NCBI GenBank assembly: GCA_965220225.1
Contig: OZ244813.1
Location: forward strand, 1,276,594 to 1,340,593
DNA: 64,000 bases
Direction: 5' to 3'
Origin: Dehalococcoidia bacterium
GTDB lineage: Bacteria > Chloroflexota > Dehalococcoidia > Lucifugimonadales > Australimonadaceae
Shown: in pieces, positions 39,018-49,534 of the stretch
Numbering within the stretch: the stretch's first letter is position 1
Layout: the number at the start of each line of letters is the position of its first letter
The notes under the pieces: model-generated
Told to the model about the DNA's origin: nothing
Seen by the model: only the letters and a program-made list of their open reading frames with translations
Databases searched by the model: none
Position numbers and translations under genes: made by a program

Positions 39018-41681
39018 TCAACGCCACCCGCCTGCTCTCGTTACTACGCTGCTGAGCACTCCGAGCACGAGGGTCCTGGCCAGGGGGACGGCCATCAGGC
39101 CAAGGAGGGCTACGAGCAGGTGCCGAGGCGAGACCGGCGTCGACTCCTCCACTGCGGGAGGCGTGGCCCTCCCATGCTCACTGTTGCCCCAGCAGACGGG
39201 CGTGCCGTCCGTTTCCAGCGCGCACGTGTGCGCGTAGCCGGCGCTGATCGCAATGAACGTCTTGTCCTCCGGCGGCGACGCCCGCTCATCCGTATCGTCG
39301 CCCCAGCAGTGCGGCGTGCCGTCCGCCTCGAGCGCGCAGCTGTGCTTGCGTCCGCAGTCGAGCGATTCGAACTGCCGGTCGCTGGGCGCATCCAGCAAGT
39401 TCCATTTGTCGGCAAAACCCCAGCATTCGACGTATCCGTCCGTTTTGATGCCGCAGGAGTGGAGGTCGCCCGCGCTCACTGCCGTGAACGTCTCATCTGC
39501 CGGTGGCGTTGACTGGTTGTGGTCGTTGTTCCCCCAGCATTCGATCTTTCCGTCCGCTTTCAGCCCGCAGGTATGTGTGTCACCTGCGCTCACTGCAGTG
39601 AACGTCGTGTCCGGTGGCGGGGACGCCCTGTCGTTGTCATTGTTCCCCCAGCAGACGGGTGTTCCGTCGCTCTCCAGCGCGCACGTGTGGGTCTGCCCGG
39701 CGCTGATGGCGGTGAACGTTTTGCCGTCCGGCGGCGTGGTCTTTTCATCTTCGTCGTCCCCCCAGCAGGTGGGCGTGCCGTCGGTCTCGAGTGCGCATGT
39801 GTGCGATCCGTCCGCGGTGATGGTGGTGAACGTTTTGCCGTCCGGCGGCATGGATTGGCCGTCTTGGTTGCTCCCCCAGCAGGTGGGGGTGCCGTCGGAA
39901 CTGAGCGCGCACGAATGATTGTCGCCCGCTGCGATCGCCGCGTAAGACGGAGCGGGGGTCGGTGTCAGTGCCGGAATGGGGGTCAGTGAAGGAGTAGGCG
40001 TTGTAGGAACGGTCGTCGGCGTCGGCGTGTGAGTGGGCGTGTGCGTAGGTGTAGGCGTCGGCGTGGGGGTGTGAGTAGGCGTGGGCGTAGCCGTGGGAGT
40101 AGGCGTTGGTGTGGGCGTGGGAGTTGGCGTTGGTGTAGGCGTGGGTGTTGGTGCAGGCGATGGCGTAGGCGTTAGTGTGGGCGTCGGCGTCGGTGTCGGC
40201 GTCGGCGTGGGCGTAGGCGTGGGCGTAGGAGTTGGCGTTGGTGTAGGCGTGAGCGTTGGTGTGGGCGTGGGCGTGGGCGTAGGAGTTGGCGTGGGTGTTG
40301 GTGCAGGCGATGGCGTAGGCGTAGGTGTGGGCGTCGGTGTCGGTGTGGGGTCGAGTGGCAGGTGCACGGATGGCGGAGATGTTTGACCGAAGTCGTTGCT
40401 CCCCCAACAGACTGGCGTACCGTCACCCTTCGATGCACAGGTGTGAGCCTCTCCGGCACTGATTTCAACGAACGCTGCGTCCTGTGGCGGTGACGATTGA
40501 CCGTGCGTGTCGTCGCCCCAACAGACGGGAAGACCCTTCGTGGTCAGGGCGCACGTATGCCACCTGCCGCCCGAGATCGCCCGGTACTTCCCTTCCACGG
40601 GCACGGTGCTCTGGCCCTGATGGTCCCGTCCCCAGCAGACCGCAGAACCTTCCAGAGTGATGCCACAGGTGTGCAGGTACCCGGCGCTGAGGATGCTGAA
40701 CCGGGCGCCCTCCGGGGGCGTCAGCTGGCCGAGATCGTTGTCCACGCCACCCCAGCAGACAGGTGTGCCGTCTTCTTGCAACCCGCATGTGTGGGTCTCT
40801 CCCGTAGTGATGGACTTCAGGGTCGAGGCTTCCGGCGGAGACGATTGCCCCTTCTCATCGTCGCCCCAGCAGACGGGTGTGCCGTCTCGCTCCAGCGCGC
40901 ATGTGTGCGCGTAGCCGGCGCTGATCGCGATGAACCTCTTGTCGGACGGGGGATAAGATTGATCGTCGCTGTCCTCCCCCCAGCACACGGCGAAGTCGTC
41001 ATCTCTGAGCCCGCAGACATGTGCCGCGCCGACGCTCATGGAGGTCAACTTTGTGTCCCCCGGTGGCGACGCTTGGCCCGCAGTGTTGTCGCCCCAGCAG
41101 TCGGGCGTACCGTCGGGTTCGAGCACACAGGAATGAAGGCCGCCCGCACCTATGGACCCTGTGGACACTCCTTCCGGGGGGCGGGTCAGGGTGGGAATGG
41201 GCGTTGGAGTGGGCCTCGACCTTGGGGCTGAAGGTACGGGGTCGGGCCGGAACCTGGGAGTGGGGGTAGGCCTTGGTGTAGCCGTTGGTGTGGGTACTGG
41301 TGTGGCCGTCGGTGTCGGTGTGGGGGTGGTTGTCGGGGTTGCCGTTGGCGTCGATGTTGCGGTTGGTGTCGGAGATGGCGTTGGGGACGGCGTAGGTGTT
41401 GGTGTCGCGGATGGCGTCGGCGTCGGTGTGGGAGTCAGAGTCGGAGTCGGACTTGGAGTAGGTACGGAGGTTGGCGTAGGAGTAGGCGTAGGTGAAGGGA
41501 GGAGAGTTGAAGTGGGCGACGGGGCTGTTGTGGGCGTGGGAGCAAGCGTAGGAGTGGCGGTGGGCGTGGGAGTTGCCCTGTGGGGGAATCCCAACGGCGA
41601 TCCGGAGGCGTCGTCACAGGCGCATACGAGGCTTGCCAGTCCTATGCATATGAACAGCAGCGGTGAGCGGAAGCGGGACAC
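39018..41681 (-). CDS. Surface lipoprotein with two 7-repeat RCC1/BLIP-II-like domains and Pro-Thr linkers
   Basis: Lipobox LVCAC; 14 repeats of ISAG..HTC.L..DG.P.CWG....GQ..PP; two PT tracts; C-terminal hydrophobic segment. Confidence 0.85.
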   Translation of the reverse strand: MSRFRSPLLFICIGLASLVCACDDASGSPLGFPHRATPTPTATPTLAPTPTTAPSPTSTLLPSPTPTPTPTSVPTPSPTPTLTPTPTPTPSATPTPTPSPTPSPTPTATSTPTATPTTTPTPTPTATPVPTPTATPRPTPTPRFRPDPVPSAPRSRPTPTPIPTLTRPPEGVSTGSIGAGGLHSCVLEPDGTPDCWGDNTAGQASPPGDTKLTSMSVGAAHVCGLRDDDFAVCWGEDSDDQSYPPSDKRFIAISAGYAHTCALERDGTPVCWGDDEKGQSSPPEASTLKSITTGETHTCGLQEDGTPVCWGGVDNDLGQLTPPEGARFSILSAGYLHTCGITLEGSAVCWGRDHQGQSTVPVEGKYRAISGGRWHTCALTTKGLPVCWGDDTHGQSSPPQDAAFVEISAGEAHTCASKGDGTPVCWGSNDFGQTSPPSVHLPLDPTPTPTPTPTPTPSPAPTPTPTPTPTPTPTPTLTPTPTPTPTPTPTPTPTPTPTPTPTLTPTPSPAPTPTPTPTPTPTPTPTPTPTATPTPTHTPTPTPTPTHTPTHTPTPTTVPTTPTPSLTPIPALTPTPAPSYAAIAAGDNHSCALSSDGTPTCWGSNQDGQSMPPDGKTFTTITADGSHTCALETDGTPTCWGDDEDEKTTPPDGKTFTAISAGQTHTCALESDGTPVCWGNNDNDRASPPPDTTFTAVSAGDTHTCGLKADGKIECWGNNDHNQSTPPADETFTAVSAGDLHSCGIKTDGYVECWGFADKWNLLDAPSDRQFESLDCGRKHSCALEADGTPHCWGDDTDERASPPEDKTFIAISAGYAHTCALETDGTPVCWGNSEHGRATPPAVEESTPVSPRHLLVALLGLMAVPLARTLVLGVLSSVVTRAGGWR
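40010..40350. repeat. Low-complexity (Pro-Thr)n coding repeat
   Basis: GGCGT(A/C/G/T)/GGTGT hexamer tract; a second tract lies at about 41260-41575. Confidence 0.9.
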
Positions 41682-41877
41682 CGGATCTCACGGGGAAGGT
41701 GGACGGCGCCATTTACTGCAGCCATCCAGATACAGTGGTGTTGATAGATACGTATTATCATAACCATCTCTTTGTATCAAATTGTCATGGCGGTATCCAT
41801 GGCGGGTCCCCGGGCGAGCAACGCTGAGGTGGGGCGCTGCTATACTCGCAGGGTCCGCAGGAGGGGCAGAAGCCAGG

Positions 41878-42858
41878 ATGAGCGTGGTCCAGATAGCCGG
41901 TTCGCGTCGGGGCGCAGGCGCCACGACGGTCGCGTGCGGGCTCGCGTCGCTGCTCCGGTCTCAGGGCAGGTCGGTGATGCTCGTGAAGCCGCTCTCGTCC
42001 CCGGGCGACGCCGACCTCGCGTTCCTTGGATCGCTGGGCGGCTCTGAGGAGACCGTAACCGTCGAGGGGACCCCGTCGGCGCAGCAGGTGGCGGACGCGG
42101 CGAAGATCGTGCAGGACGCCGCAGCAGGAGCTGACGTGGTGCTGGTGGAAGGACCGCCGCTCACTGAGAGTGCGACGGCGGCAGAACTGGCGCGGAGCAC
42201 CGGCGCGGCCATCGTGGGCGTGCTCGAGTACGAGAGGGCGCTCGGCGCGGGCACCTGCGGGGCATGGCGTGACGCGTTCGGAGAGGCGCTCTCGGGGTGT
42301 GTCGTGAACAAGCGCACACGGTACGCGGAGCACGACGCCTCAGCGCGACTGGCGGTTGAGTTGGAGGACGCAGGGCTGCCGGTCCTCGGCGTGCTGCCGG
42401 AAGAGCGGTTGCTGCTCGCGCCGACGGTGCAACAGGCAGCAGAGCACCTCAACGGCACCTACTTTGCGGGCGAGGATGGGGGCAATGAACTCATCGAGCA
42501 TTTCCTCATCGGCGGGCTCATCACGGAGTGGGGAGGCAACTACTTCGGGCGATTGCCCAACCAGGCGGTCGTCGTCCGCGGGGGCCGGATAGACATCCAG
42601 ATGAGCGCGCTCAACTTCCCGCTGAACGCGCTCTTCCTGACAGGGTGCGAGACTCCATCACAGTACGTGTATCAGCGCGCCGACGATCTGGACGTGCCGC
42701 TCATCGTGGTGGGGCTCAAGACGCACGAGACGGCTGCAGCACTGGAGTCGCTGAACGATGCGGTGAGCGTCCACCACGCGGCGAAAGCGGAGCGTGCCGG
42801 AACGATGGCGCGGGAGTGCGTCGATGCCTCGGCCTTGAGCGTCGCACTCGGAGGCTGA
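41878..42858 (+). CDS. DRTGG-domain protein (BioD-like N-terminal region of phosphotransacetylase)
   Basis: Degenerate P-loop 'GSRRGAGATTVACGL', 'VVLVEG', 'VVVRGGRIDIQMSAL...LFLTG'. Confidence 0.8.
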   Translation: MSVVQIAGSRRGAGATTVACGLASLLRSQGRSVMLVKPLSSPGDADLAFLGSLGGSEETVTVEGTPSAQQVADAAKIVQDAAAGADVVLVEGPPLTESATAAELARSTGAAIVGVLEYERALGAGTCGAWRDAFGEALSGCVVNKRTRYAEHDASARLAVELEDAGLPVLGVLPEERLLLAPTVQQAAEHLNGTYFAGEDGGNELIEHFLIGGLITEWGGNYFGRLPNQAVVVRGGRIDIQMSALNFPLNALFLTGCETPSQYVYQRADDLDVPLIVVGLKTHETAAALESLNDAVSVHHAAKAERAGTMARECVDASALSVALGG

Positions 42859-43550
42859 TGGTGGCACTGATAGGCGTAACGACGTCCAATGGAGGTCGCG
42901 CAAGCAGGTACGTTGCATCCCTGGAATGTCGCGGGGCCCGGACGCGGGTGTTGACGCCCGAGCATTTCACCTCGCTCGAGGAGGCGATGGACGGCGTGTC
43001 GGGCCTGCTGCTGACCGGCGGCGGCGACGTGTCTCCTTCCCTCTACGGCGAATCTCCTGATGGGGCACAGGGCATCGAACCCGAGCGCGACGAGATGGAG
43101 ATGGCGCTGTTCCGGTACGCGATACAGCAGGACATGCCGACGCTCGGGATATGCCGGGGCATGCAGCTCATCAATGTTGCGATGGGGGGCAGGCTCATCC
43201 AGGACCTGCCCGGGCACACGCTTCCTGAATTCCAGTCGGCGATGCACCGGGTGTATGTGTCGCCGGGGAGTCGCCTCGGAGCGATCATCGGGGCGGGGGC
43301 CATCTACCGGACCAACAGTCGCCACCACCAGGGGTTGAAAGAGGCACAGCGCTCGCCTTCACTCATGGCATCGGCGTACCACCCGGAGGACGGCATCGTT
43401 GAGGCTCTGGAGAGCCCGGAGCATCCGTGGCTCGTGGGGGTCCAGTGCCACCCCGAACGCGAAGACGAGGTGCCGAAGAGCTTCGCCAGGCTGTTCGAGT
43501 GGCTCGCGGGATGGGCGGAGCGCTACGAGGCGGGAGATATGCCGCGATGA
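42858..43550 (+). CDS. Gamma-glutamyl-GABA hydrolase-like (peptidase C26, class I GATase)
   Basis: GLLLTGGGDV.P..YG, LGICRGMQL.NV, NSRHHQ, GVQCHPE. Confidence 0.9.
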   Translation: MVALIGVTTSNGGRASRYVASLECRGARTRVLTPEHFTSLEEAMDGVSGLLLTGGGDVSPSLYGESPDGAQGIEPERDEMEMALFRYAIQQDMPTLGICRGMQLINVAMGGRLIQDLPGHTLPEFQSAMHRVYVSPGSRLGAIIGAGAIYRTNSRHHQGLKEAQRSPSLMASAYHPEDGIVEALESPEHPWLVGVQCHPEREDEVPKSFARLFEWLAGWAERYEAGDMPR

Positions 43551-44074
43551 GCAGGCGCCCGCAGCAACCGCAGCAGCAGACCGACGAGTTCGGCGAGTGC
43601 CGCCACCTCTATCTGACAGGCGACGGGACGTGCGTGCACTGCGGGATGCAGTTCCGGCTGGCGTGGGCGTCGGAACGGCGCGACCTCGTCAAGCCGACAA
43701 CGCGCAATCTCATCTTCGCGGTGGTAGGCATCAGCCTGTTCATCCCCGCACAGTTGTTCCCGTTGCAGGGCTCCTCCCTGCTGTCGTCCGTGTTCCTCGT
43801 GATAGCAGTGCTCTTCTTCACGCGAACGCTGCTTGGCGGGTTCGAGCTGTACATCCGGCACGGGTTCGTTCCGGGGAGGTTGGGACCCATCGCCAGGCGG
43901 CACCCGCTCAACCCGCTGCCGCCCAAGGGATACGTCACGGCATTGGGGCGTGTCCGGTTCCCGATAGACCTCGAGACGTACCGGCAGTTCGAGCAGGGCG
44001 ATACGCTGCTGATAGAGCATCTGCGGTGGTCGCGTCTGCCCGTGGCGATCTACAAGGGCCACCTCAACAAGTAG
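43547..44074 (+). CDS. Hypothetical membrane protein with N-terminal Cys/His motif
   Basis: CRH..CVHC then 2 TM segments; ATG overlaps upstream stop. Confidence 0.6.
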   Translation: MSRRPQQPQQQTDEFGECRHLYLTGDGTCVHCGMQFRLAWASERRDLVKPTTRNLIFAVVGISLFIPAQLFPLQGSSLLSSVFLVIAVLFFTRTLLGGFELYIRHGFVPGRLGPIARRHPLNPLPPKGYVTALGRVRFPIDLETYRQFEQGDTLLIEHLRWSRLPVAIYKGHLNK

Positions 44075-44130
44075 GCCTCAACTCGTGCGCGAAAGGGCGT
44101 CAGGGGGTTGTTGGGTATCGCGGATGCACC

Positions 44131-44200
44131 TGCTATAATGCGGTGGACTATTCCGGCACATCTGGGAGACGGCAGTCCCCCCGCCCACCACATGTTGTGG
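44131..44200 (+). promoter_or_regulatory. gyrA promoter (extended -10) with tandem NrdR-box-like sites
   Basis: TGcTATAAT at 44131-44139; CCGGCACATCTGGGAG (44153) and CCACCACATGTTGTGG (44185), 32 bp apart. Confidence 0.6.
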
Positions 44201-44240
44201 TAGTTTGGCGGCCACTCCCCCATAGCGTGAAAGGAGCCGC

Positions 44241-47000
44241 ATGGTAACGGGGAACTCCGACAAGGTCAGACCCGTACGCATAGAAGAAGAGATGCGCAGC
44301 GCGTACCTCGACTACGCGATGAGCGTCATCGTCTCACGTGCGCTGCCCGACGTGCGTGACGGGCTGAAGCCCGTGCACCGGCGCATCCTCTACGCGATGC
44401 AGGGCATGGGGCTGCGTCCCGGCTCCTCCTACAAGAAGAGCGCCGCCGTCGTCGGAGAGGTGCTCGGGAAGTACCATCCGCACGGCGATTCCCCGGTCTA
44501 CGACGCTCTCGTCCGCATGGCGCAGGACTTCTCCATGCGGCACACGCTCGTGGACGGCCAGGGCAACTTCGGGTCCGTCGACGACGATCCTCCCGCGGCG
44601 ATGCGCTACACGGAGGCGCGGCTCGCGCCCATCTCCGAGCAGCTGCTGCAGGATATCGACCGCGACACGATCGACTTCGTGGACAACTACGACGGCTCCC
44701 AGCGCGAGCCGACGGTGCTCCCCGCCCGCGTGCCGAACCTGCTGGTCAACGGCGCGTCCGGCATCGCGGTTGGCATGGCAACGAACATCCCTCCGCACAA
44801 CCTGCGTGAGGTATGTGACGCGCTCGACTACCTGATCGACAACCCGGAGGCGACTCCCGACGAACTGATGAACTTCGTGCAGGGGCCGGACTTCCCGACC
44901 GCGGCGACGATCATGGGACGGGAGGGGATCCAGCAGGCGTACCAGACCGGACACGGGCGCATCATGGTCCGCGCGAAGGCTGCGGTGGAGGACGCGGAGA
45001 AGGGCGCGCGCCAGCGCATCGTGGTCACTGAGCTCCCGTACCAGGTCAACAAGGCGTCGCTGGTCGAGAAGATCGCCATGCTCGCCAAGGAAAAGAAGAT
45101 CGACGGCATCTCCGAGGTGCGCGACGAGTCAGACCGCGAAGGCATGCGGATGGTGATCGAACTTCAGCGCAACGCCGCGGCAGGCGTTGTGCTGAACAAC
45201 CTCTACCAGCACACCTCCATGCAGAACGCGTTCCACGTGAACATGGTTGCGCTGGTGGACGGCCAACCCCGCGTGCTGAACCTCCGCTCCGCGCTGAACC
45301 GCTTCCTGGACTTCCGCAAGGAGGTCATACGGCGCAGGGCCGAGTACGACCTGAACCGTGCCCGGGAACGCGCCCACATCCTCGAGGGTCTGCGGGTAGC
45401 CCTGGAGAACCTCGACGACGTGATCGCCCTCATCCGGGCTTCCGCCGATACGGAAGAGGCGCGCAATGGCCTGATGCAGCAGTTCGGGCTGACCGAGGCA
45501 CAGGCGCAGGCGATCCTGGAGATGCAGTTGCGGCGTTTGGCCGCCCTTGAACGCGAGCGCATCGAGAACGAATACCAGGACCTGATGAAGCGCATCGATG
45601 AGTTGCAGGCCCTGCTCTCCGACCCGACCAAAGTGCTGGCGGTGGTGAAGTCCGAGACGGCGGACCTGCGCAAGTCGTTCGGCAACGATCGCCGTACGCA
45701 GATATCCGACGAGGAGGCGCGCGACCAGTCGCAGGAAGAGCTGACTCCTCACGCGGACGTGGTCATCACGCTCAGCGACCGCGGCTACATCAAGCGGCTC
45801 CCTATCTCCCTGTACCGCCTGCAGAAGCGTGGCGGCAAGGGGGTGAAGGGTCAGGAGAGGCGCGAGGGCGACGCCGTGCAGCAGCTGGTGGTAGCGGACA
45901 CGCACGATTACCTGCTCTTCTTCACGGACAAGGGCCGCGTCTACCGGAAGCGCGTCTTCGAGGTGGGCGAGGACTCGTCGCGCCAGACGCGCGGCACCCC
46001 GATCCAGAACCTGTTGGAGTCCATCAACCCGAACACGGAGACGGTCACCGCCGTCGTTGCCATCTCCGATCCGCTGGCGGACCTCTTCATCTTCATGGCC
46101 ACCCGCAAGGGGAAGGTGAAGAAGATGCACCTGGACAAGTTCCAGAACATCCGCCGCGTGGGGCTCGCGGCGTTCGATCTCGATGCGAACGACAGCCTCC
46201 TCACGGCGCGGCTCGCGGAAGAAGACATGAACGCGGTGCTCATATCCCGCAACGGCAAGGGCGTGCAGTTCAGCCTGGACGCGGTGACCGAGCGGCAGGG
46301 ACGCAGCACGGGCGGCGTCGGCGGCATGCGCCTGACGGACGACGACGACGAGGTCGTGTCGATGGAGGTCGTGAACCCGGACGCCCGGCTGCTTATCATC
46401 AGCGAGCGCGGCTACGGCAAGCGCACGGCGGTGGAGACGTTCCGCACGACGGGACGCAACGCACAGGGCGTCTTCGCCATGAAGATAACGGAGAAGACGG
46501 GCCCCATCGCTGGAGCGGTGGTGACCGGCTCCGACGACGAGGAGATCATGGTGGGCTCTCGCAACGCGATGGTCTACCGGACGTCGCTCGCGGAGATCCG
46601 CACCCTCGGCCGCATCGCGCAGGGCGTGAAGATCATGACCAAGCTCGCTGATGACGACGTGGTCATCTCCATGAGCGCGTTCCGCGAGCGCACGTGGGAG
46701 GACTTCGAAAAGCTGCCGAAGGTGCAGCCGAAGAAGCCCCGCGCAGCGTCCACGAACGGGCATGCCCCCGCGGCGGAGATGCAGGACGTCGCCGATGACG
46801 CGGATGCTGTCGAGGCTGAAGACGCGGTCGAAGACACCGTGGAGAACGACGCTCCGGCCTCCGCAACGGTAGAGGACGCGCCCGACGCAGCAGAGAGCGC
46901 CGACGCCGACGGCGCCAGCGATACGACGGTCTCGATGTGGCACGCCATGCAGGCGCCCCTCTTCCCTGAACCCGGTGAACCGGAAGAGGAAGACGCCTAA
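44241..47000 (+). CDS. gyrA: DNA gyrase subunit A
   Basis: [36 protein letters not shown], GyrA-box QKRGGKG, acidic C-terminal tail. Confidence 0.97.
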   Translation: MVTGNSDKVRPVRIEEEMRSAYLDYAMSVIVSRALPDVRDGLKPVHRRILYAMQGMGLRPGSSYKKSAAVVGEVLGKYHPHGDSPVYDALVRMAQDFSMRHTLVDGQGNFGSVDDDPPAAMRYTEARLAPISEQLLQDIDRDTIDFVDNYDGSQREPTVLPARVPNLLVNGASGIAVGMATNIPPHNLREVCDALDYLIDNPEATPDELMNFVQGPDFPTAATIMGREGIQQAYQTGHGRIMVRAKAAVEDAEKGARQRIVVTELPYQVNKASLVEKIAMLAKEKKIDGISEVRDESDREGMRMVIELQRNAAAGVVLNNLYQHTSMQNAFHVNMVALVDGQPRVLNLRSALNRFLDFRKEVIRRRAEYDLNRARERAHILEGLRVALENLDDVIALIRASADTEEARNGLMQQFGLTEAQAQAILEMQLRRLAALERERIENEYQDLMKRIDELQALLSDPTKVLAVVKSETADLRKSFGNDRRTQISDEEARDQSQEELTPHADVVITLSDRGYIKRLPISLYRLQKRGGKGVKGQERREGDAVQQLVVADTHDYLLFFTDKGRVYRKRVFEVGEDSSRQTRGTPIQNLLESINPNTETVTAVVAISDPLADLFIFMATRKGKVKKMHLDKFQNIRRVGLAAFDLDANDSLLTARLAEEDMNAVLISRNGKGVQFSLDAVTERQGRSTGGVGGMRLTDDDDEVVSMEVVNPDARLLIISERGYGKRTAVETFRTTGRNAQGVFAMKITEKTGPIAGAVVTGSDDEEIMVGSRNAMVYRTSLAEIRTLGRIAQGVKIMTKLADDDVVISMSAFRERTWEDFEKLPKVQPKKPRAASTNGHAPAAEMQDVADDADAVEAEDAVEDTVENDAPASATVEDAPDAAESADADGASDTTVSMWHAMQAPLFPEPGEPEEEDA

Positions 47001-47011
47001 CCTGTATAATC

Positions 47012-47040
47012 GCGGGGCAGCCGGAGACGGCTCGCCCCGC
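47012..47040 (+). terminator. GC hairpin with GAGA tetraloop between gyrA and thrB
   Basis: GCGGGGC-AGCCG-GAGA-CGGCT-C-GCCCCGC; weak U tail; preceded by TATAAT (47005). Confidence 0.4.
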
Positions 47041-47044
47041 TTCC

Positions 47045-47974
47045 ATGTCAGACGTACTCACCATCCGCGTTCCCGCGACCACAGCGAACCTCGGGCCAGG
47101 TTTCGACTGCCTCGGCATGGCGCTGTCGTTGTGGAACACCATGCGCGTCGGCTGGGCCGACAAGCCGACGCTCAGCCTGCATGGGCTGGGCGCGGAGCAC
47201 TTGCGACGCGACCCCGGCAATCTCATCTACCGCTCTGCGGAGCGCGTGCTGGTAGAGACTGGCAACGCCGGGCGTAGCCTCTCCATAGAAGCATGGCAGG
47301 AGATCCCCCTCAGCAGGGGGCTCGGCAGCAGTTCGGCAGCTATCGTGGGTGGCGTCTACGCCGCGAACGCGTTGCTCGGCTATCCACTGTCGCCGCACCG
47401 CCTGCTGGAGCTCGCGACGGAGATCGAAGGGCATCCAGACAACGTGGCGCCGGCGCTCATGGGTGGAATGAGCATCGTCGTCGCGGACGGCGAGACTGTC
47501 CACGCTGCGCCCGTCCCGCTGCCGAAGGACCTGCAGTGCGTCGTCTACATACCCGACACGCCTATGGCGACGCACGAGGCCCGGAACATCCTCGGCCCCG
47601 AGGTCCCGCGCGCGGACGCCGTCTTCAACGCCGGGCGCACGGCCCTGCTCGTGGCGAGCCTCGCACTGGACCGGCCCGAATACCTGCGCCTCGCGACGCA
47701 GGACAGGCTGCACCAGCCGCAGCGTCAGCAGGTATACCGCCAGATGAAGGTCATCTTCGACCATGCGCTGGCGGCGGGCGCGCGAGGCGTTTTCCTCTCC
47801 GGCGCGGGGTCGTCAGTGGTGGCGTTCACGAAACAGGGCGAGAACCGGGCATTCACCATCGGCTACGAGATGGCGGACGCCGGCGACAAGTCCGGCCTCA
47901 CCGGCACCTTCCAGGTGCTCAAACCTGCGCGAGGAGGGGCGGAAGTGATCCCCCATCCCAAGGGACTCGAGTAG
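47045..47974 (+). CDS. thrB: Homoserine kinase
   Basis: VPATTANLGPGFD, PLSRGLGSS, EGHPDN, SGAG. Confidence 0.96.
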   Translation: MSDVLTIRVPATTANLGPGFDCLGMALSLWNTMRVGWADKPTLSLHGLGAEHLRRDPGNLIYRSAERVLVETGNAGRSLSIEAWQEIPLSRGLGSSSAAIVGGVYAANALLGYPLSPHRLLELATEIEGHPDNVAPALMGGMSIVVADGETVHAAPVPLPKDLQCVVYIPDTPMATHEARNILGPEVPRADAVFNAGRTALLVASLALDRPEYLRLATQDRLHQPQRQQVYRQMKVIFDHALAAGARGVFLSGAGSSVVAFTKQGENRAFTIGYEMADAGDKSGLTGTFQVLKPARGGAEVIPHPKGLE

Positions 47975-49216
47975 ATGGCCGTTCTCGTGCAGAAGTACGG
48001 CGGCACGTCCGTCGGCGACGCGGAGAAGATACGCCACGTTGCGGAGCGCATCGCTGCCGCGCGGCGTGCGGGGAACAGTATCGCGGTCGTGGTCTCCGCG
48101 ATGGGGGATACGACCGACCGGCTCATCGAACTCGCGGAGTCGATCAGCGCCGCACCGGACCCGCGCGAACTGGACGTGCTGCTTTCGACCGGAGAGCTGG
48201 TTTCCTGCACGCTCGTCACGATGGCGCTCCGGGAGATCGGGGAAGAGGCCGTCAGCATGAGCGGGGCGCAGGCGGGCATCCGCACGGACACCGCGCACGG
48301 CAGCGCCTCCATCGTGGAATTCGACGCCGAGCGTGTGCAGCAGGCGCTGGACGCGGGACGCATCGTCATCGTCGCGGGGTTCCAGGGCGTCACGCACGAG
48401 ATGGACGTGACCACGCTGGGGCGCGGGGGATCGGATACGACGGCGGTTGCGCTTGCCGCGGCGCTGGGTGCCGAGCGGTGTGAGGTGTACACGGACGTGG
48501 ACGGCATCTATACCGCCGACCCACGCATCGTTCCGGATGCCCGCAAGCTATCCGATATCGGCTATGAGGAGATGCTGGAACTCGCAAGCTACGGCGCGAA
48601 GATGCACCCGCGCTCTATCGAACTCGCGGCCTGGTACAACACGCCCGTGCTCGTAGCGTCGAGCGCGCGGGACGTCCCCGGCACGCTGATCCACGACGTC
48701 GCGCCGGCAGGGGCTGGCGTGGAAGGAGAAGGGATGGAAGTCGCGAACAAAGTGCGGGGAGTCACCTACGAGCGGGGGGTGGCGCGCATCACGTTACGCG
48801 CCGTACCGGACCGTCCGGGCATCGCCGCTGCGGTATTCGAGCCGCTGGCGGAGTCCAACATCAGCGTGGACACCATCGTCCAGAACGCGAGCGCCGAGCG
48901 GCTGACCGACCTCTCCTTCACCGTGGACCGGAGCGACCTGCGCGCTGCGCTGGAGGTGACGCGAGGCGTAGCGGGAACGATAGGCGCGGGCGAGTGCGTC
49001 TCGCACGACAACCTCGGGCAGGTGAGCATCGTCGGCACGGGTATGCAGAATGCGCCTGGCGTCGCCGCCGTCATGTTCTCAGCGCTCGCGGAAGCAGGCG
49101 TGAACATCGAGATGATCACCACCTCCCAGATACGCATCACGTGCGTTGTGGACGAGGAGCAGGTGAACGACGCCGTGCGAACGCTGCATGACGCGTTCGA
49201 GCTGGGAGAAGGATAG
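47975..49216 (+). CDS. lysC: Aspartate kinase
   Basis: KYGGTSV, VVSAMG, TLGRGGSDTTA, TDVDG, two ACT domains. Confidence 0.95.
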   Translation: MAVLVQKYGGTSVGDAEKIRHVAERIAAARRAGNSIAVVVSAMGDTTDRLIELAESISAAPDPRELDVLLSTGELVSCTLVTMALREIGEEAVSMSGAQAGIRTDTAHGSASIVEFDAERVQQALDAGRIVIVAGFQGVTHEMDVTTLGRGGSDTTAVALAAALGAERCEVYTDVDGIYTADPRIVPDARKLSDIGYEEMLELASYGAKMHPRSIELAAWYNTPVLVASSARDVPGTLIHDVAPAGAGVEGEGMEVANKVRGVTYERGVARITLRAVPDRPGIAAAVFEPLAESNISVDTIVQNASAERLTDLSFTVDRSDLRAALEVTRGVAGTIGAGECVSHDNLGQVSIVGTGMQNAPGVAAVMFSALAEAGVNIEMITTSQIRITCVVDEEQVNDAVRTLHDAFELGEG

Positions 49217-49239
49217 GGGGCGGGTGGCCCGCCGGAGGC

Positions 49240-49434
49240 CTAGGCGGAGATCATCCGCTTGTTCTGGAAGGTGCGGAGGCAGCGTGTGCAGACGCTCATC
49301 CGCTTCGTCTTCCCGCTGATGGTGAGCATCGCACGCTGGATGTTCGGGAAGAACCAGCGGTTGGTGTGCCGGTTCGAGTGGCTGACGTTCTTGCCGGCCC
49401 GGCGCCGAGCGCCACAAAGTTCACAGCTTGCCAT
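49240..49434 (-). CDS. rpmB: 50S ribosomal protein L28 (Zn-binding form)
   Basis: CELCG..GKNVSHSNRHTNR.F.PNIQ..CTRCLR. Confidence 0.96.
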   Translation of the reverse strand: MASCELCGARRRAGKNVSHSNRHTNRWFFPNIQRAMLTISGKTKRMSVCTRCLRTFQNKRMISA

Positions 49435-49534
49435 GATGTTCTCTGTCGCCGGAGTCCCGGCGGGGGTAGAATGCCCGCACCTTCAACGAGGCGCAGAAGC
49501 ATAGTGTAGCACGCTCTCGCGCCGCTGGCGAACC

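Noticed and set aside
40010..41575. GT-rich tandem repeats as a CRISPR array or non-coding satellite
   Set aside because: They encode Pro-Thr linkers with synonymous variation inside the 887-aa ORF; there is no repeat-spacer structure and no cas gene in the window
41720..41790. AT-rich stretch upstream of the RCC1-like gene as a riboswitch or operator
   Set aside because: Only short, imperfect symmetry; no recognisable motif
46740..47000. Long acidic GyrA C-terminal tail
   Set aside because: Acidic tails are an established GyrA feature
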